From Mobula hypostoma (Eukaryota), in assembly GCF_963921235.1 (NCBI RefSeq), contig NC_086109.1, forward strand, positions 5,396,001 through 5,460,000: a DNA stretch of 64,000 nt, read 5' to 3'. Both the position numbers and the translations under genes were made by a program. The notes under the pieces are model-generated. The model was not told the DNA's origin. It saw only the letters and a program-made list of their open reading frames with translations, and searched no databases. Below are positions 37,932 to 50,205 of the stretch, piece after piece (positions within the stretch are counted from its first letter, which is position 1; the number at the start of each line of letters is the position of its first letter).

Positions 37932-38011
37932 GTCTGTGACCACTCTCTTTCTTATTTCTCTGAACCAATCCTCTGCTGACTCCCGAATTCCGACACTTGA
38001 TCCTGTTGCAG

Positions 38012-38126
38012 TCTATTTACAGGCTAAAGAAGGCGTGCCGTAAAGAAATGGACGACGGTTCTCCTCTCCTGTCCCCTGAGGAAGTCGTAGATCGAATATT
38101 TCAATTAGTGGATGAAAATGGTGATG
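38012..38126 (+). CDS. GUCA1B: GCAP2 exon 3
   Basis: Follows an 80-bp intron with acceptor CCTGTTGCAG. Encodes [38 protein letters not shown] plus 1 nt, with donor G|GTACGT (phase 1). Confidence 0.94.
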
Positions 38127-38559
38127 GTACGTAAGCACTCTGTATTTTCTGTTCTCAGTCACTCTGTAACTTGGAGAAGCAGGGGACAAACATGGGCAAA
38201 TGGGACAAGCTTAGATTAGAAACTTGGTCAGCATGGGCCAGTTGGGCCGAAGGGCCTGTTCCCTGCTGTAAGACTCTAAAATAGGCCTCAGGATGAGTGG
38301 GAAGGAGTCATCCTCCCCTGTCCTGGTTGACTAGATGTGGCATCAGTGGACCTGTTATGCTTTTAGACCCAAAGTCATTAGTCAGGGTATGAAGGGATAC
38401 GGGGAGAAGGCAAGAGACCGGGGCTGAGACTGAGAGGAAAAATGGATCAGCCATGATGAAATGGTGGAACAGACTGGAGGGGCCAAATGGCCCAATTCTG
38501 CTCCTGTATCTTACAGTCTTATGGACCAATGTGATGTTTAACACAGACCACAGTTCTCT

Positions 38560-39220
38560 GAGAGTGACTATGCAGGTTGTTGGATGGTTAAGAAGGCACA
38601 GGCCATGCTCGCCTTTATGAGTCGAGGCATTGAGTTCAAAAGTCAGGAAGTTATGCTGCAGCTTCAGAAAACTTTAGTTAGGCCGCCTCTGGAGTATTAC
38701 ATACAGTTCTGGACACCTGATTATAGGAAGGATGTTGAGGCTGGGAGAGAGTGCGCCAGGGTGCTGCCCAGATTAGAGGGTTTGAGCTGTAATGAGAGGT
38801 TGGACAGACAAGAGGTTTCCTCTGCAGTAGAAGAGGCTGAAGGAAGACCTGATAGAAGTTTAAGATTCTACGAGAAATCGATGAGTAGACAGACTATCTT
38901 TTCCCAGGGTTAAAATGTCTAATAGCAGAGGGCATGCACGTAAGGTGAGAAGGGGTGAGTACAAAGGAGATGTGAGGAGGAAGTTTTTTTCACACAGCGA
39001 GTGGTGGGTGCCCGGAATACATTGTCAGGGGTGGTGTTAGGGGCAGGTATGATAGGGGCATTCAAGAGGCTCTCAGCAGAGACATGGATATACAGGGAAT
39101 GGAGAGATATGGGCATTGTACAGGACGAAGGGATTAGACATTTAATTACTCGATTAAATAGTTCAGCATTACATCATGGGCTGACGGGCCCGTCCTTGTT
39201 CTATATTGTGTGTTCTATGT
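38560..39220 (+). mobile_element. CR1 3' fragment (GUCA1B intron 3)
   Basis: ORF 38584-38913 reads VKKAQAMLAFMSRGIEFKSQEVMLQL...RPPLEYYIQFW. Confidence 0.8.
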
Positions 39221-40118
39221 TGTACCCTCTCCACACAACGCTCTACCCCAATGCTCTAAGTTCTGTGCCCAACACTCTGTGCTCTGCAACCTACGCCAAC
39301 GCTCTACCCCAATGCTCTATGCCCTGCACTCTGCAATCTACACTCTACAAACTGTCTCAGTCAGTTTGTCTCCAGCAGTTCCAAAAATAGATTAAACACA
39401 ACTGGTTGAGATCCTGGTGTGGGGTCAAGTTATTTCTCCCCAGCACACTCGACCTACCACATGCTGTGTATCAAATTAGTCCTGGTCCCCAAAGTGTTAA
39501 TTTGTGAAATTAACTGATAAGAATTGTTCCAATGAAAGTATGGAAATGAGTGCATTAGTTCAAGAAGATGTCCCGGGGGGATGTAGATGCTGCTGATTGC
39601 TGTGTATCTTGTTCGCAGGCATTTTCTTTAATTCCTCCACAATGCCACTTTGTTGTTCCACATAACATTCTAAAACAGCAGAGGAACTCACCAGGTGAAT
39701 AAAATAACAGTAAAATTAACCACGAGGTAGCTTTTAAAAAGAAGTCAATCAGGTGAATTATTCTCCTCGATTCTTGAAGATAATTATGTATTGCAGTTTT
39801 AAGAATTGTTAACTTAATTGTTTTTAAAACCGTACTTAAATAAACATCTAAAGTGCAACAAAAAATTAAATTCATGGGACGCAGTCATTGTTAAAATCTT
39901 AAGGCCCATCGTGTTTCTCAGAGGCTGGGAGAAGGGAAGTGGTCTAAAGATACCAATAGTCCTTAAATCCCAGGGGTTTTCACAGCGTGTTAAACCTGGA
40001 GCAAAGAAAAAGTGTGGAAAAGTTGGGAATGCTGGGCGAGCTGGGGAAAGGCTGGAAGGGAGATACTGTATAGGAGCAAGTCAGCCATCTAGAGGCCAGA
40101 GTTGGGATCTCAAGGAGA

Positions 40119-40522
40119 TAGTCATAGTCATACTTTATTGATCCCGGGGGAATTTGGTTTTTGTTACAGTTGCATCATAAATAATAAATAGTAATAAAAC
40201 CATAAATAGTTAAATAGTAATATGTAAATTATGCCAGTAAATTATGAAATAAGTCCAGGACCAGCCTATTGGCTCAGGGTGTCTGACCCTCCAAGGGAGG
40301 AGTTGTAAAGTTTGATGGCCACAGGCAGGAATGACTTCCTATGACGCTCTGTGTTGCATCTCGGAGGAATGAGTCTCTGGCTGAATGTACTCCTGTGCCC
40401 ACCCAGTACATTATGTAGTGGATGGGAGACATTGTCCAAGATGGCATGCAACTTGGACAGCATCCTCTTTTCAGACACCACCGTCAGAGAGTCCAGTTCC
40501 ATCCCCACAACATCACTGGCCT
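40119..40522 (-). mobile_element. Rex1/Babar-like 3' fragment
   Basis: ORF 40266-40508 and a (GTCATA)n tail on the + strand. Confidence 0.88.
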
Positions 40523-40899
40523 GATGTTGGCCTGACCTGTGGTCAAGGAAGCTAGATTACCTTGCCACATGTATATCGAAATATCGAATCATACCGTGAA
40601 CTGCATTGTTTGCGAAAATGACCAAATAGTCAGGGTATGTGTTGTGGGCAGCCCACAGGTGTTGTAGTGCTTCTGGCACCAACATAGCATGTTATAACTT
40701 ACCAGGGTGGCACTGTGGTGTAGTGGTGAGCACAGTGCTTTACAGTACCAGAGACCCAGGATCAATTCCCGCTGCAGCCTGTAAGGAGTTTGTACGTTCT
40801 CCCAATGCTTCTGTGCGTTTCCTCCTGGTGCTCTGGTTTCCTCCCACAGTCCAAAGACGTACCAGACTAAATTGACCATGATCATCATCATGAACTGCA

Positions 40900-41395
40900 A
40901 GTCAACTCCAGGAGGAGAACAGGCAGCTCGACACCCCCTTTGTCAATCTTACCAACAAGCCCTTGACACTATGAGCTGAGAGGGATTATGGAAGATCATG
41001 GCAAAGTTTGGTTGCCCTGACAGTTTCATCACCACGGTCTAGCAGTTTCATGACAGGATGTCAGTCCGCATGCCCGCTGACGGTGACTGTACCGTTGCTT
41101 TCATAAGTGGGATGTGTGCTGGAGCCCGGCCTTGTCAGCATGACGTTCAGTGCGATGTTGACTGATGCATTCCAGGGCAGAGTCCTGGAATCCACATCCA
41201 ATGCAGGGTGGATGACATGCTGCTCACCCTGTGCAGGCTTCACGTCGTCGCCAACATCAAAGAGCTGCTTCCTATTCACTGACAACCGTGCTCTCAGTGC
41301 AAGCCCAGAGTCCGACATGCAGGACATCATCGACAAATTTTCCAGTGCATGTGACAATTTCGGCCTCACCATCAGCACCAAGGAGACGGAACCAC
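40900..41395 (+). mobile_element. Degenerate RTE-clade LINE RT fragment
   Basis: Decayed peptides FVNLT..DT...EGLWKIMAKFGCPDSFI and MQDIIDKFSSACDNFGLTISTKETE are typical of RTE RTs. Stops and deletions are present. Confidence 0.7.
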
Positions 41396-41502
41396 AGGAC
41401 CCTCACACACTTGCCCCACGTGTGGGAGGTACTTCCTAGCCCGGACACATAAGTAACAAACACACCCACCCAAGGATGTCAGTGGTCCTCATCACTCACG
41501 AT

Positions 41503-41806
41503 GGACACACACGCGCACACACACACGCACACACATGCGTGCGCGTACACACAGACACACGCACACACGCGCACACACACACACACACGCACACACAGAC
41601 ACACACACACACGCACACACAGACACGCACACACACACACAGACGCACACACAGACACACGCACACACACACACACACACACGCACACACAGACACACAC
41701 ACACAGACGCACACGCACACACACACGCACACACAGACACGCACACACACACACACACACAGACACACACACACACACACAGACACACACACTCACACAT
41801 GCACAC
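41503..41806. repeat. Compound (CA)n microsatellite with CGCA/GACA interruptions
   Basis: Directly visible. Confidence 0.97.
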
Positions 41807-42242
41807 AGCCCATTCCACGCTGTATCTCAATAAATAAATAAGTAATCGGTACAACTTTGGAATGTGTTGGAAACCAGAGTACCCGGAGGAAACCCGCGCT
41901 GTCATGGTGAGATCGGACAAGCTCCTCACTCGCAGCGGCAGGATTTGAACCCCAGTTGCTGGTGTGAATGGCGGTAACCTGTCGCTGTGCTACCGTGCAG
42001 CTACAAGTGAACCAAGTCAAGTTTAAAGATGTGCATAGATACACCTGAGCCCACAGGCGCCATTCAAAACTTATTGGCAGCAGAGTTACAGGCACGAACC
42101 ATCAGACACAGAATATTCTCAGGAAAAACACAAATTAGTAACATAAATTAGTAACAGAATTATATATAAAAGAACATTATTAGAACAAAAAAAGGAGATT
42201 CAAAGGTTAGTTGTATGTACATGCCAGTGCCAAGTGGCCATG

Positions 42243-43022
42243 CTATGTTACACATGCCCTTACACTTCCTCCCTTACCACCATTCAGGGCCCCAAACAGT
42301 CCTTCCAGGTGAGGCATCACTTCACCTGTGAGTCGACTGGGGTGATATACTGCGTCCGGTGCTCCCGATGTGGCCTTCTATATATTGGCGAGACCCGACA
42401 CAGACTGGGAGACCGCTTTGCTAAACACCTACGCTCTGTCCGCCAGAGAAAGCAGGATCTCCCAGTGGCCACACATTTTAATTCCACATCCCATTCCCAT
42501 TCTGACATGTCTATCCACGGCCTCCTCTACTGTAAAGATGAAGCCACACTCAGGTTGGAGGAACAACACCTTATATTCCGTCTGGGTAGCCTCCAACCTG
42601 ATGGCATGAACATTGACTTCTCTAACTTCCGCTAGGCCCCACCTCCCCCTCGTACCCCATCTGTTACTCATTTTTATGCACACATTCTTTCTCTCACTCT
42701 CCTTTTTCTCCCTCTGTCCCTCTGAATATACCTCTTGCCCATCCTCTGGGTCACCCCCCCCGTCTTTCTTCCCGGACCTCCTGTCCCATGATCCTCTCGT
42801 ATCCCTTTTGCCTATCACCTGTCCAGAACTTGGCTCTATCCCTCCCCCTCCTGTCTTCTCCTATCATTTTGCATCTCCCCCTCCCCCTCCAGCTTTCAAA
42901 TCCCTTACTCACTCTTCCTTCAGTTAGTCCTGATGAAGGGTCTCGGCCTGAAACGTCGACTGCGCTTCTTCCTATAGATGCTGCTTGGCCTGCTGCGTTC
43001 ACCAGCAACTTTGATGTGTGTT
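42243..43022 (+). mobile_element. 3' fragment of the same Penelope-like family (GIY-YIG domain plus 3' region)
   Basis: ORF 42234-42635 is nearly identical to the C-terminus of ORF 46247-47371, and the downstream region is the same. Confidence 0.92.
42921..42962 (+). ncRNA. Minimal type I hammerhead ribozyme motif
   Basis: AGTC-CTGATGA-AGG(GTCTCGG)CCT-GAAA-C-GTC-GACT. Shows the CUGAnGA and GAAA cores, stem II AGG/CCT, palindromic ACGT in place of stem III, a GUC cleavage triplet (cut after 42957) and stem I AGTC/GACT. Confidence 0.8.
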
Positions 43023-43934
43023 GATGGTATGTTACAGAGCAGCTTTGTGCCCTTATCGGAGAAAGTTTGTGTGGCATTGGGCGGGGGTCCAGAGGATGTT
43101 TACCAGAATGATCCCAGGAATGAAAGGCTTGTCACACAAGGAGTGTTTGGCGGCTCGCAGGAGTTCAGAGGAATTGGTGGGGGGGAATGTCATTGAAACC
43201 TATGGAATGGTGAAAAGCCTGGACAGAGTGGATATGAAGAGGCTGTTTCCTGTGGCGGGAGAGTCTAGGAGCAGAGGGCACAGCCTCAGAATAGAAGGAC
43301 GTCCCTCAGGAAGAGAGATGGGTGCCACGGAAGTGTAGTGACTAGCATGACATTACAGCTCGGGGAGGGGAGTCGGAATTCAGAGTTTAGTACTGGTGTC
43401 CTCTGCAATGTTTCTCTGTACGTCCTCCCGGTGGAACGCCCGGGTTTTCTCCGGGTGCTCTGGTTTCCTCCCACAGTCCAAAGACCTGTCGGGTAGGTTA
43501 ATTTGTCATTGTAAGTTGTCCTGTGATTACGTTAGGGTTAAAGCAGGGTTGTCAGGGGTTGCTGACCACTGCAGTGCAAAGGTCTGGAAGGGCTTATTCC
43601 GCCCTGAATCTCTAAATAAAATAAACTTTCTTTAGCCAGGTGGTGGTGAATCAGTGGAATTCATGGCCACAGGCAGCTGTGGAGGACAAGTCATTGGGTA
43701 TATTTAAAGCAGAGGCTGATGGGTTCTTGATTAGTCAGGGTGTCAAAGGTTACAGGGAGAATGGGGTTGAGAGGGATAATAAATCAGCCATGATGGAATG
43801 GTGGAGTAGACTCAATCAGACAAATAGTCTAATTCTGCTCCTATGTCGCATGGCTTTATGGTCTAAAGAGAAAGTGATTAGTGTTGTGCTGGTTGGTTTG
43901 AGAACTGAATTGTAGAAGGGAAATCACTGTTCCT

Positions 43935-44340
43935 GATGGTGATTGGAGGATGTCATTGTGCAGGGACTGTGATTGAAGGATGGCATTGTGCAGAGGGACT
44001 GTGATTGGAGGATGGCATTGTGCAGAGGGACTCTGATTGGAAGATGGCATTGTGCAGAGGGACTCTGATAGGAGGATGGCATTGTGCAGAGGGACTGTGA
44101 TTGGAGGATGGCATTGTGCAGAGGGACTGCGATTGGAGGATGGCATTGTGCAGAGGGACTCTGATTGGAGGATGGCATTGTGCAGAGGGACTGTGATTGG
44201 AGAAGGCAGCATGGTGCAGAAGAACTGATAGGGATGGGAGAAGTTGTGGTGCAGAGGGGCTAACTGTGACTGGAGAAGATGGTGCCGAGGGATCGATGGT
44301 GACTGGAGAAGACAGCATGGTGCAGAGGGATTGGCGTAGC
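43935..44340. repeat. 32-bp minisatellite GATGGCATTGTGCAGAGGGACTGTGATTGGAG (about 8 copies, then decaying)
   Basis: Period 32 (e.g. 44011 and 44043). Confidence 0.93.
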
Positions 44341-45534
44341 AGCACTGCTGAAAGGGTTGTCTAATGTGAGTAGACAAAACAAGGCAGCTGAACAAAGTGG
44401 GTGTGGAACATGGATTTCCCAGGGTCCAGGTTCCAACTTGATCTCTGTCTGCGTGAAGTTTGCATATTCCCCCCGTGACCATGTGGGTTCACCTGGATGC
44501 TACGGTTTCCTCCGATGTCCTGCAGAAACAGGAACAGCTTCTTCCCCTCCACCATCTGATTTCTGATTTAGGAACAGCTCCTTCCCACTGCCATCAGGTT
44601 TCTGGCTGGCTGCATCACCAGCTGGTATGAAAGTGCCAAGGCAGAGGATCAGATAAAGTTGAGGGTTGTAAACTCAGCCAGCTCTATCATGGGCACTAGC
44701 TTCCCCACTAGCGAAGAAATTTTCAGAAGGCCAGGCCTTACAAGGCAGTGTCCATCATTAAGGACCCCCGTCTCCCAGCACACGCCCTCTTCTCATTGCT
44801 ACCCATCAGGGAGGAGGTACAGGAGGCTGAAGACCCACACTCAACGATTCAGGAACAGCTTCTTCCCCTCAGCCATCAGATTTCTGAACAGTCCATGAAC
44901 AGAACCTCAGTACTTCGTTCTCTTTTTGAGCTAGTTATTTCTTAATATATTTCTTCTTGCAAATTATTGTATCTTTTATTGCAGTGAACTGCTTCTGCAA
45001 AACAATAAATTTAGTGACATCTGTCAGTGATTATAAACCGGATTCTGATTCAGACATGATCGTAGATAACCTGACAACTGTAATTACTACCTAGGGCGGT
45101 TAAGTAGTAAAAATACCAGAAGGGAGTGTTGGCGGGGAACTGTGAGAAGGCAGGGGTCGATTTTGCACTTCAGCCAGAGCCATGGATCTGAGAGACCTCT
45201 GGGGAAGTTGAGCAGGGCTTGGTTTTTAACCAGCACCTTTCTGATGGCAGGTCATGAAACTGAAGCATTGACTCCTGTTTCTCTCCAAACGGACGCCGCC
45301 TGACCTGCTGAGTGTTTCTACCGTTTTCTGTTTTTAATTCAGACTTTCAGCACCCACAGTTTGTTGATTTTCATTGACTGAGTATAAGAGCCTGCCAAAG
45401 GTAATGAGGGCGGAATGTACTTTAAACTCTCAAGTGTAAAAGTTGTTGGGAAAATTACAAACTCCAATTCTGAGAGAAAGAGAAACAGATTGAGTTTTAA
45501 AAAAGAACTGAGTTTTATAAACAAAAACAACAGG

Positions 45535-47780
45535 AACTCCACTCCCTCCGCACTAATCCTAACCTTATTATTAAACCCGCCGATAAGGGGGGTGTTGTTG
45601 TAGTCTGGCGTACTGACCTCTACCTTGCCGAGGCACAGCGACAACTTGCGGATACCTCCTCTTATTTACCCCTCGATCGTGACCCCACTAAGGAGCACCA
45701 GGCCATTGTCTCCCACACCATCACTGACTTTATCCGCTCAGGGGATCTCCCATCCACTGCTACCAACCTTATAGTTCCCATACCCCGCACTTCCCGTTTC
45801 TACCTCCTACCCAAGATCCACAAACCTGCCTGTCCTGGCCGACCTATTGTCTCAGCTTGCTCCTGCCCCACCGAACTCGTTTCTGCATACCGCGACACAG
45901 TTTTATCACCCCTTGTTCAATCTCTTCCGACCTATGTTCGTGACACTTCTCACGCTCTTAAACTTTTCGATGATTTTAAGTTCCCTGGCCCCCACCGCTT
46001 TATTTTCACCATGGATGTCCAGTCCCTATATACTTCCGTACCCCATCAGGAAGGTCTCAAAGCTCTACGCTTCTTTTTGGATTCCAGACCTAATCAGTTC
46101 CCCTCTACCACCACTCTGCTCCGTCCAGCGGAATTAGTCCTTACTCTTAATAATTTCTCCTTTGGCTCCTCCCACTTCCTCCAAACTAAAGATGTAGCTA
46201 TGGGCACACGTATGGGTCCAGCTATGCCTGCCTTTTTGTTGGCTTTGTGGAACAATCTATGTTCCGTGCCTATTCTGGTATCTGTCCCCCACTTTTCCTT
46301 CGCTACATCGACGACTGCATTGGCGCTGCTTCCTGCACGCATGCAGAACTCGTTGACTTTATTAACTTTGCCTCCAACTTTCACCCTGCCCTCAAGTTTA
46401 CCTGGTCCATTTCCGACACCTCCCTCCCCTTTCTAGATCTTTCTGTCTCTGTCTCTGGAGACAGCTTATCCACTGATGTCTACTATAAGCCTACTGACTC
46501 TCACAGCTATCTGGACTATTCCTCTTCTCACCCTGTCTCTTGCAAAAACGCCATCCCCTTCTCGCAATTCCTCCGTCTCCGCCGCATCTGCTCTCAGGAT
46601 GAGGCTTTTCATTCTAGGACGAGGGAGATGTCTTCCTTTTTTAAAGAAAGGGGCTTCCCTTCCTCCACTATCAACTCTGCTCTTAAACGCATCTCCCCCA
46701 TTTCACGTACATCTGCTCTCACTCCATCCTCCCGCCACCCCACTAGTAATAGGGTTCCCCTGGTCCTCACCTACCACCCCACCAGCCTCCGGGTCCAACA
46801 TAATATTCTCCATAACTTCCGCCACTTCCAACGGGATCCCACCACTAAGCACATCTTTTCCTCCCCCCCCCACTGCATTCCGCAGGGATCGCTCCCTACG
46901 CAACTCCCTTGTCCATTCGCGCCCCCCCCATCCCTCCCCACTGATCTCCCGCCTGGCACTTATCCGTGTAAGCGGAACAAGTGCTACACATGCCCTTACA
47001 CTTCCTCCCTTACCACCATTCAGGGCCCCAAACAGTCCTTCCAGGTGAGGCAACACTTCACCTGTGAGTCGGCTGGGGTGATATACTGCGTCCGGTGCTC
47101 CCGATGTGGCCTTTTATATATTGGCGAGATCCGACGCAGACTGGGAGACCGCTTTGCTGAACATCTACGCTCTGTCCGCCAGAGAAAGCAGGATCTCCCA
47201 GTGGCCACACATTTTAATTCCACATCCCATTCCCATTCTGATATGTCTATCCATGGCCTCCTCTACTGTAAAGATGAAGCCACACTCAGGTTGGAGGAAC
47301 AACACCTTATATTCCGTCTGGGTAGCCTCCAACCTGATGGCATGAACATCGACTTCTCTAACTTCCGCTAAGGCCCCACCTCCCCCTCGTACCCCATCTG
47401 TTACTTATTTTTATACACACATTCTTTCTCTCACTCTCCTTTTTCTCCCTCTGTCCCTCTGAATATACCTCTTGCCCATCCTCTGGGTCCCCCCCCCCCC
47501 CGTCTCTCTTCCCGGACCTCTTCCCGGACCTCCTGTCCCATGATCCTCTCGTATCCCCTTTTGCCTATCACCTGTCCAGCTCTTGGCTCCATCCCTCCCC
47601 CTCCTGTCTTCTCCTATCATTTTGGATCTCCCCCTCCCCCTCCAACTTTCAAATCTCTTACTCACTCTTCCTTCAGTTAGTCCTGACGAAGGGTCTCGGC
47701 CTGAAACGTCGACTGTACCTCTTCCTACAGATGCTGCCTGGCCTGCTGCGTTCACCAGCAACTTTGATGTGTGTTGCTGG
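45535..47780 (+). mobile_element. Penelope-like retroelement (RT + GIY-YIG endonuclease), 5'-truncated, lightly frameshifted
   Basis: IKPADKGG...LPKIHK...RPIVS...MDVQSLYT...AMGTRMGP is in one frame. After a 1-nt shift near 46220 come LRYIDD, FLDL and YYKPTDSHSYL, then the GIY-YIG motif VIYCVRCSRCGLLYIGE..RRL..RFAEH (stop 47371). A pyrimidine-rich 3' region with a hammerhead motif follows. Confidence 0.93.
47674..47715 (+). ncRNA. Minimal type I hammerhead ribozyme motif
   Basis: AGTC-CTGACGA-AGG(GTCTCGG)CCT-GAAA-C-GTC-GACT, about 300 nt downstream of the Penelope-like ORF stop. Predicted cut after 47710. Confidence 0.8.
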
Positions 47781-48633
47781 AGTTTTATAAATCTCGCCAA
47801 GCAGTGGCCCTGACGTGTCAAAGCTCCCCCTGCTGCTGGGAGTGCAGAGGTGCAGGGCGATCGGGTGCTGGTGAACTGGTTTACACTCAATGCTGTGTGT
47901 CTCGACACTCAGTTTCTACTTCATTCGGTACCTCCTGTACCTCCTGTACTTTATAAAGTGACCACTGAGTGTGCATTCGTATCGGTTTATTACTGTCACA
48001 TGTATACATTCTTGCATGCTGTTCATACAGATCAGAATCAGAAGCAGGTTTAATATCACCGGCATATGCCGTGGAATTTGTTAACTTTGTGGTAGCAGTA
48101 CAATGCAATACATGATAATATAGGCAAAACTGTGAATTACAGTAAGTTAAATTAAATAAGTAGGGTAAAAATAGAAGTAAGAAAGAAGTGAGGTAGTGTT
48201 CATGGATTCAATGTCCATTCAGAAATCAGATGGCAGAGGGGAAGAAGCTGTTCCTGAATCGCTGAGTGTGTGCTTTCAGGCTTCTGTACCTCCTCCCTGA
48301 TGAGAAGAGGGCACACCCCGGGTGATGGGGTCCTAAATGATGGATGCTGCCTTTTTGAGGCATCACTCCTTGAAGATGTCCTGGATACTACAGAAGATAG
48401 TGCCCATGATGGAGCTGACTGAGATTACAACTCTTTGGAGATAACTTTGATCCTGTGCAGTAGCACCCCACCGCCAACCACACCATACAGTGATGCAGCC
48501 AGTCAGAATGCTTTCCATGGTACACTTGCAAGTGTTTTTGGTGACATAGCAAATCTCCTCAAGCTCCTAATGAAATTAGCCACTATCTTGCCTTCTTTAC
48601 AGCTGCAGTCGGGACCAGGTTAGGTCTTTAGGG

Positions 48634-48826
48634 ACACACACAAAAAATGCTGGTGGACGCAGCAGGCTAGGCAGCATCTATAGGAAGAGGTACAGTCGAC
48701 GGGGTCTCGGCCCGAAACGTCGACTGTACCTCTTCCTATAGATGCTGCCTGGCCTGCTGCGTCCACCAGCATTTTTTGTGTGTGTTGCTTGAATTTCCAG
48801 CATCTGCAGAATTCCTCGTGTTTGCG
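48634..48826. mobile_element. Palindromic short derivative of the Penelope-like terminal region
   Basis: Inverted arms 48634-48701 and 48718-48785 around a 16-nt loop GGGTCTCGGCCCGAAA. Confidence 0.82.
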
Positions 48827-49734
48827 TAGATCCTCAGAGATACTGACACCCAGGAACTCGAAATTGCTCGCTCTCTCCACTTCCGATCCTTCCACAGTCC
48901 ATTGAGGTAGAACAAGGGAAAACAATGACATCATGTAAAATAAAGTGTGTCTTCAACCTTCTGTATCTCCTCCCCGATGGTAGTAATGACAAGAGGGCGT
49001 GTCCCTGGTGGTGAGGATCCTCGGCGCTGTCGCCGCCCTCTCGAGGCAGGGCCTCTTGAGGATGTCTCTGACGGCAGGGAGGGCTGTGCCTGAGATGGGG
49101 CTGGCCGAGTGACAACCTTCCCCGGCCCCTCGCAGTCCTCCGCATTGGAGCCTCCACACCAGGCTATGGGCAACCAGTCAGAATGCTCTCCACTGGACAT
49201 CTTCAGACACCTGCGAGGAACAGCAAGACGGCAATCCTCGCTGAGGAAGGGCCCAACACACGTAGCATTTTAGTTTTGCTAAATATGACAAACCATAGAT
49301 CCTCATCCACCTCAACTCTGAACTGATTTCACAACCGACAGGCTCACTATCAACAACTCTACAACTCTCGGTCTCAGTATTATTTATTTACTTTTTGCAT
49401 GATTTGTCTTCTTTTTCGGATTGGTCAGTCCTTGTTTATGTATAGATTTTCATAAATTCTGTTGCACTTCTTTACTTCCCTGAAAATAGCTGAAAGAAAA
49501 TGAGTCTCAGTGTCTAGTAAAGTCATGACAGAATGGTGCAGCAGACTCAATGGGCCAAATGGCCTCATTCTGTTTCCACAAGGAATTCTGCAGATGCTGG
49601 AAATTCAAGCAAAACACATAAAAGTTGCTGGTGAACGCAGCAGGCCAGGCAGCATCTCTAGGAAGAGATACAGTCGACGATTTTTTGTGTGTAATTCTGT
49701 TTCCTATGTTTTTTGGTAAGGCTGGATTATTTTA

Positions 49735-50182
49735 AGACCATAAGATGTGGGAGCAGAGTTAGGCCATTTGGCCCAACGAATCGGCTCTGCTATTTCGTCA
49801 TGGCTGACCCATTTCCCTCTCAGCCCCAACCTCCTGTCTTTGCCCTGTATCCCTTCATGCCCTGACTAATCACGAATCTATCAACCTCTGCCTTAAATAT
49901 ACCCAAAGACAAGGCCTCCACAGCCATCTGTGGCAATGAATTCCACAGATTCACCACCCTCTGGCTAAAGAAATTCCTCCCCACCTCCATTCTTAAAGGG
50001 CACCTCTTTATTCTGAGGCCGTGTCCTCTGGTCCTAGACTCTCCCACCATAGGAAGCATCCTCTCCACATCCACTCTATCAAGGCCTTTCACCATTCAAT
50101 AGGTTTCAATGAGGTCCCCCCTCATTCTTCTGAATTCTAGTGAGTACAGGCCCCGAGCCATCGGACAGACTTCATATGACAA
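49735..50182 (-). mobile_element. CR1 3' fragment ending about 23 nt before GUCA1B exon 4
   Basis: ORF 49820-50095 (KGLDRVDVERM...RNFFSQRVVNLWNSLP). Similarity to the CR1 at 7430-7500 continues to CTTCATATGAC at about 50180. Confidence 0.85.
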
Positions 50183-50205
50183 TTCTGATGCTTTCCTTTC
50201 TCCAG

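Noticed and set aside
41476..41929. His/Thr- and Cys/Val-rich ORFs
   Set aside because: These are products of the (CA)n microsatellite.
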